32,000 nucleotides of DNA from Christensenella sp. UBA4651 (lineage in GTDB: Bacteria > Bacillota > Clostridia > Christensenellales > UBA1242), in assembly GCA_002405615.1 (NCBI GenBank), contig DHMD01000015.1, forward strand, positions 1-32,000, written 5' to 3'. The translations under genes and the position numbers were made by a program. The notes under the pieces are model-generated. The model was not told the origin of the DNA, searched no databases, and saw only the letters and a list, made by a program, of their open reading frames with translations. Shown piece by piece: positions 29,108-32,000 of the stretch (positions are counted from its first letter, which is position 1; each line of letters begins with the position of its first letter).

Positions 29108-32000
29108 ATGAGTAAAATTCGTTACATATTGTGCGGAATACTGGTGGTGCTATGTACTTGTGGGCTGATGTTCTCGGGATGTGGCAATTCTATTGACAAC
29201 TTGTCGATAAAATTGACCTCTGGCTCACTAGTTGAGAGCGAAACACAAGGGGAATATGAGTTGACCCTTGTTAAAACGCAAGACGATAATAACAAGGAAT
29301 GGTCTGTGCAAATAGCGGCAGAAGTCGAGGGGTTGGGGGCTGGAATGTCCTCAAAAATCGAGTGGAGTGGTGACAGTCGGTATGTAAACATTGTGGCGAA
29401 CGAAGACGGCTCTATTGCTACTATTACGGGAGTAACCTCTACAAATATCCCTACAATCGTTACGGCTTATAGCGTGGAAAACCGCAAGGCGCAAGCGATA
29501 ATTAAGGTAACGAATATAGTTAAACCTCAGAGTATCTCTGGTAGCAAATATGGAGCGGGAGAGTTAGGGATTCCTTTGGGAACGGCTTTTTCGCTAAAAC
29601 CTGAGGAAGTATTTACCTTTTTGCCAGAAGATGCGACTGTGCCTGTTTATGAGTACACAATAAACGGAGTGGTTGTGAATTCGGACGAGGAATTTACTCT
29701 CTCGGGGGTGGAGGACGGCTATGCTACTCTCACCGCAGCCCCGAAAAACAAAGATGAGTTTACTCAAGAGCAGTTGACGGCGTTGAGTTATACCATCGAT
29801 AGGGTGAGGGTATACAACCCGCTGACCGATGAAAATACGACCTTGTCTATTATGGGGCAAGCGGGCGATGTGGACGAAATTACGCTAATCAAAAATGCAA
29901 AAGACGACAAAAATAAGGCAATTTTGAATGTAACGGCTCCGTCTAGTGTGGAATACTCGGTTTCTAGCCCTAATAACGTAGTCTATGATGAGCGGGATAA
30001 TCCGAGGGGGCAGCTGAGCGTAAAATATGACACAAGGTTAAAGCAATTTACGCTAGTTGGACTCGCTGCAATGGATGAATTTATGCAGGTTGATATAAAC
30101 CTAACGGTGGCTGGGATAAAAAACTCGATGGTTCTGACAAAAAGTTTCTCGGTACGAATTGTGGATTATCCAAATGCGATTGCTGTAAATGGTGTTGCTG
30201 GTAATACCGATGTGGAGTTGCGAGTATTTGACCAGTACAAGGCTGGCGAAGTAGGTACTGAATTGCGACTAAATATCGCCCCTGACAGCAAATTGTATAC
30301 CGACATTACAGTGGAGCTAGACGATGAGGCTGTGGTAGATATGGACTTGGTCGGTAGATTGTTGATAAACAACCAGCCATTTACTGGTACGATGAGTGTA
30401 AAGAGTGGTACGACTATGTACCTAACTAATAACAAGGGGTATGGTCAACTAACGCTAAAAGTTTATGCGGCAGACACTCGTGGAACTGTCGATGAGGTTG
30501 TCCGCAAAATTATCATTAAGTTGGAACAAAGTATAACAAGTATGGAGATTGATAGGGCAAATTTTGATGCAACAACGGGAAATCTCATACTGGAAATTGA
30601 CGAGTACAATGATAGCGTGTCTACGAGTTATCGTGATTTGTTTGTGCGTGTTTCGCCTGAAAATGCTTCTTTTGATACGGTAACGGCGGTGAGTAGCGAT
30701 ACTAGCGTTGTTGAAATTTCGATAGAGGACTATATCAACTGCGAAATCTTGGTGCGGGCTAAAAATATCGGTACTGCCACGTTGAGTTTGGTTGCGCAGA
30801 GTGGGGTAAAACTGACGGTGCAGGTGCAGGTGGTATCTCGGTACAAGGCGACTGCGGTAAAACTCGACCCTAATATGTCCTCTGTAATGTACTGCTCGGA
30901 CTTGACTACGTACAAGTTGATGACAATCTCTAATGATAGAGACCCTGTGGAAACACTGGAAATGGCGTATATTGCCAAGACTGGTAGTGGAAATGGTGTG
31001 TATTTAGTTAATACATTCTATCCTAGTTCAGCGGTTGAGTCTGGAATGGTTGCGTCTGTGGAATTTACTTCGGGCGACTTGTCTATTGCGAGTCTGTATA
31101 ATACCAATTCGAGTATTTACCGTAATGTGTTGACCACGGAGCGTGCTGGGCTAGTTACTTTTGATATGGTGGTACGCTACTACAAACTGGTAGGTAGCAA
31201 CTTGGTATTGGAGGAAGATGTTGTAAATGCTGCATTTACAATTCAAGTATTTGAGCAGATTACTTCGCTCACAGTGAATGAGTCGAGTGTTGAGTTGCTG
31301 GCTGCTGTGCAAAACTTGGGTGCTGGAATTTCGATTGGTGGCAGCACAAGTCAAAGTGCGTACGACTCGGTCAATAGTAGTAAGACTTTGCGTGTTACGG
31401 TAAACCCTACAAACTCGAATGTTTCTGCTGCGAATGCTGTTTGGTCAATCGAGGGCAACACTTCAAAAATTACTTTGAGTACCACAAAAGGTGGGGAAAC
31501 GGTCGTCAGTGTGAAACCTTTGGCTGGTAATGACTTGCGAGTTTCGGCTACTATTATAGTTTCGGTTACCGACCTAAATGGTGTTGCATTTACCCAAGAA
31601 GTTAAGGTAATTGCAAACAAAATTCAGCAGATTACCGAAGTGTATATCAAAAATTATGAGTCATCGCTCAAAAATAACTCGCTGTATTTTGAGTTGTTTA
31701 AGGACGATGGATTTACGCTAGATGTTACGGTCGGGCCTGCTTCTGCGACAAACAAAAATCTAGAATATATTATATTTGACGCAGACTTGTTAAGCAAGCG
31801 TGAGGACGGCGAAAATGTAATTCGTATGTCGGCAGGGAACGGAAAATTCTTGTATTTTAGAATTAAACCTCGTGACCCAACCTCTGATGATTACTCTACG
31901 CAATACTCGTGTAAGACTGCGCAACTCGTGTATGATGAGTCTGCTGGAACATATACAATCAAGCCTAAAAAGGCTGGTTATGCTTTTGCATTTATCATAC
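29108..32000 (+). CDS. Very large surface lipoprotein with repeated bacterial Ig-like (Big_2-type) domains; 3' end beyond the window
   Basis: It is absent from the ORF track because it has no stop in the window. I translated it by hand from ATG 29108 and the frame stays open to 31999 (964 codons). The N-terminus MSKIRYILCGILVVLCTCGLMFSGCGNS is a signal peptide with a lipobox. Recurrent segments of about 90 aa resemble LRVTVNPTNSNVSAANAVWSIEGNTSKITLSTTKGGETVVSVKPLAGNDLRVSATIIVSVTD. All listed minus-strand ORFs here are shadows. Confidence 0.8.
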   Translation, partial: MSKIRYILCGILVVLCTCGLMFSGCGNSIDNLSIKLTSGSLVESETQGEYELTLVKTQDDNNKEWSVQIAAEVEGLGAGMSSKIEWSGDSRYVNIVANEDGSIATITGVTSTNIPTIVTAYSVENRKAQAIIKVTNIVKPQSISGSKYGAGELGIPLGTAFSLKPEEVFTFLPEDATVPVYEYTINGVVVNSDEEFTLSGVEDGYATLTAAPKNKDEFTQEQLTALSYTIDRVRVYNPLTDENTTLSIMGQAGDVDEITLIKNAKDDKNKAILNVTAPSSVEYSVSSPNNVVYDERDNPRGQLSVKYDTRLKQFTLVGLAAMDEFMQVDINLTVAGIKNSMVLTKSFSVRIVDYPNAIAVNGVAGNTDVELRVFDQYKAGEVGTELRLNIAPDSKLYTDITVELDDEAVVDMDLVGRLLINNQPFTGTMSVKSGTTMYLTNNKGYGQLTLKVYAADTRGTVDEVVRKIIIKLEQSITSMEIDRANFDATTGNLILEIDEYNDSVSTSYRDLFVRVSPENASFDTVTAVSSDTSVVEISIEDYINCEILVRAKNIGTATLSLVAQSGVKLTVQVQVVSRYKATAVKLDPNMSSVMYCSDLTTYKLMTISNDRDPVETLEMAYIAKTGSGNGVYLVNTFYPSSAVESGMVASVEFTSGDLSIASLYNTNSSIYRNVLTTERAGLVTFDMVVRYYKLVGSNLVLEEDVVNAAFTIQVFEQITSLTVNESSVELLAAVQNLGAGISIGGSTSQSAYDSVNSSKTLRVTVNPTNSNVSAANAVWSIEGNTSKITLSTTKGGETVVSVKPLAGNDLRVSATIIVSVTDLNGVAFTQEVKVIANKIQQITEVYIKNYESSLKNNSLYFELFKDDGFTLDVTVGPASATNKNLEYIIFDADLLSKREDGENVIRMSAGNGKFLYFRIKPRDPTSDDYSTQYSCKTAQLVYDESAGTYTIKPKKAGYAFAFII

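Noticed and set aside
1-32000. CRISPR arrays, rRNA genes, IS elements, transposases, integrases and prophage genes.
   Set aside because: Reading the window revealed no regularly spaced repeats of 25-40 bp, no rRNA-like conserved blocks, and no DDE, tyrosine- or serine-recombinase-like ORFs.

Overview
The window looks like chromosomal DNA from a low-to-moderate GC Bacillota (Firmicutes)-type bacterium. This is inferred from era-yqzL-recO synteny, sepF, lspA-rluD, strong Shine-Dalgarno sites, and many near-consensus sigma-A promoters (TTGACA-N17-TATAAT) paired with intrinsic terminators. No homology search was possible, so every call rests on reading motifs in the translations and the DNA.

Gene content, left to right:
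- uppP (5' fragment, minus strand)
- era, a sub-60-aa yqzL-like ORF missing from the ORF track, and recO
- a frameshifted ABC-ATPase pseudogene
- a minimal sufC plus sufB/D pair fused to trpS
- a stand-alone low-GC ribbon-helix-helix/coiled-coil gene
- a DUF1538-type duplicated membrane protein with two PII-like proteins
- dnaA in a non-canonical context: no dnaN, one perfect DnaA box plus degenerate boxes
- tRNA-Gly(UCC)
- a very AT-rich two-gene type II-like restriction-modification island
- a GT2-TPR glycosyltransferase and several LFAGC-lipobox lipoproteins
- sepF-lspA-rluD
- tRNA-Leu(CAG)
- a DEAD-box helicase
- an HtrA-like lipoprotein protease
- a DIP1984/septicolysin-like protein, an HdeD-like protein and a membrane zinc-ribbon protein
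- tRNA-Asn(GUU)
- a translationally coupled pair of unrecognisable proteins
- a surface lipoprotein of more than 960 aa with Ig-like repeats, running off the right edge and also absent from the ORF track

No CRISPR array, rRNA, transposase or integrase was seen.

Most worth a second look:
- the unknown two-gene operon at 26.7-28.9 kb
- the DUF1538/PII/PII operon with its phased A-tract upstream region and structured leader
- the odd dnaA neighbourhood
- the R-M island
- a TATGCA motif shared by two neighbouring promoter regions
- a C-depleted 300-nt stretch carrying a Cys-rich 44-aa ORF
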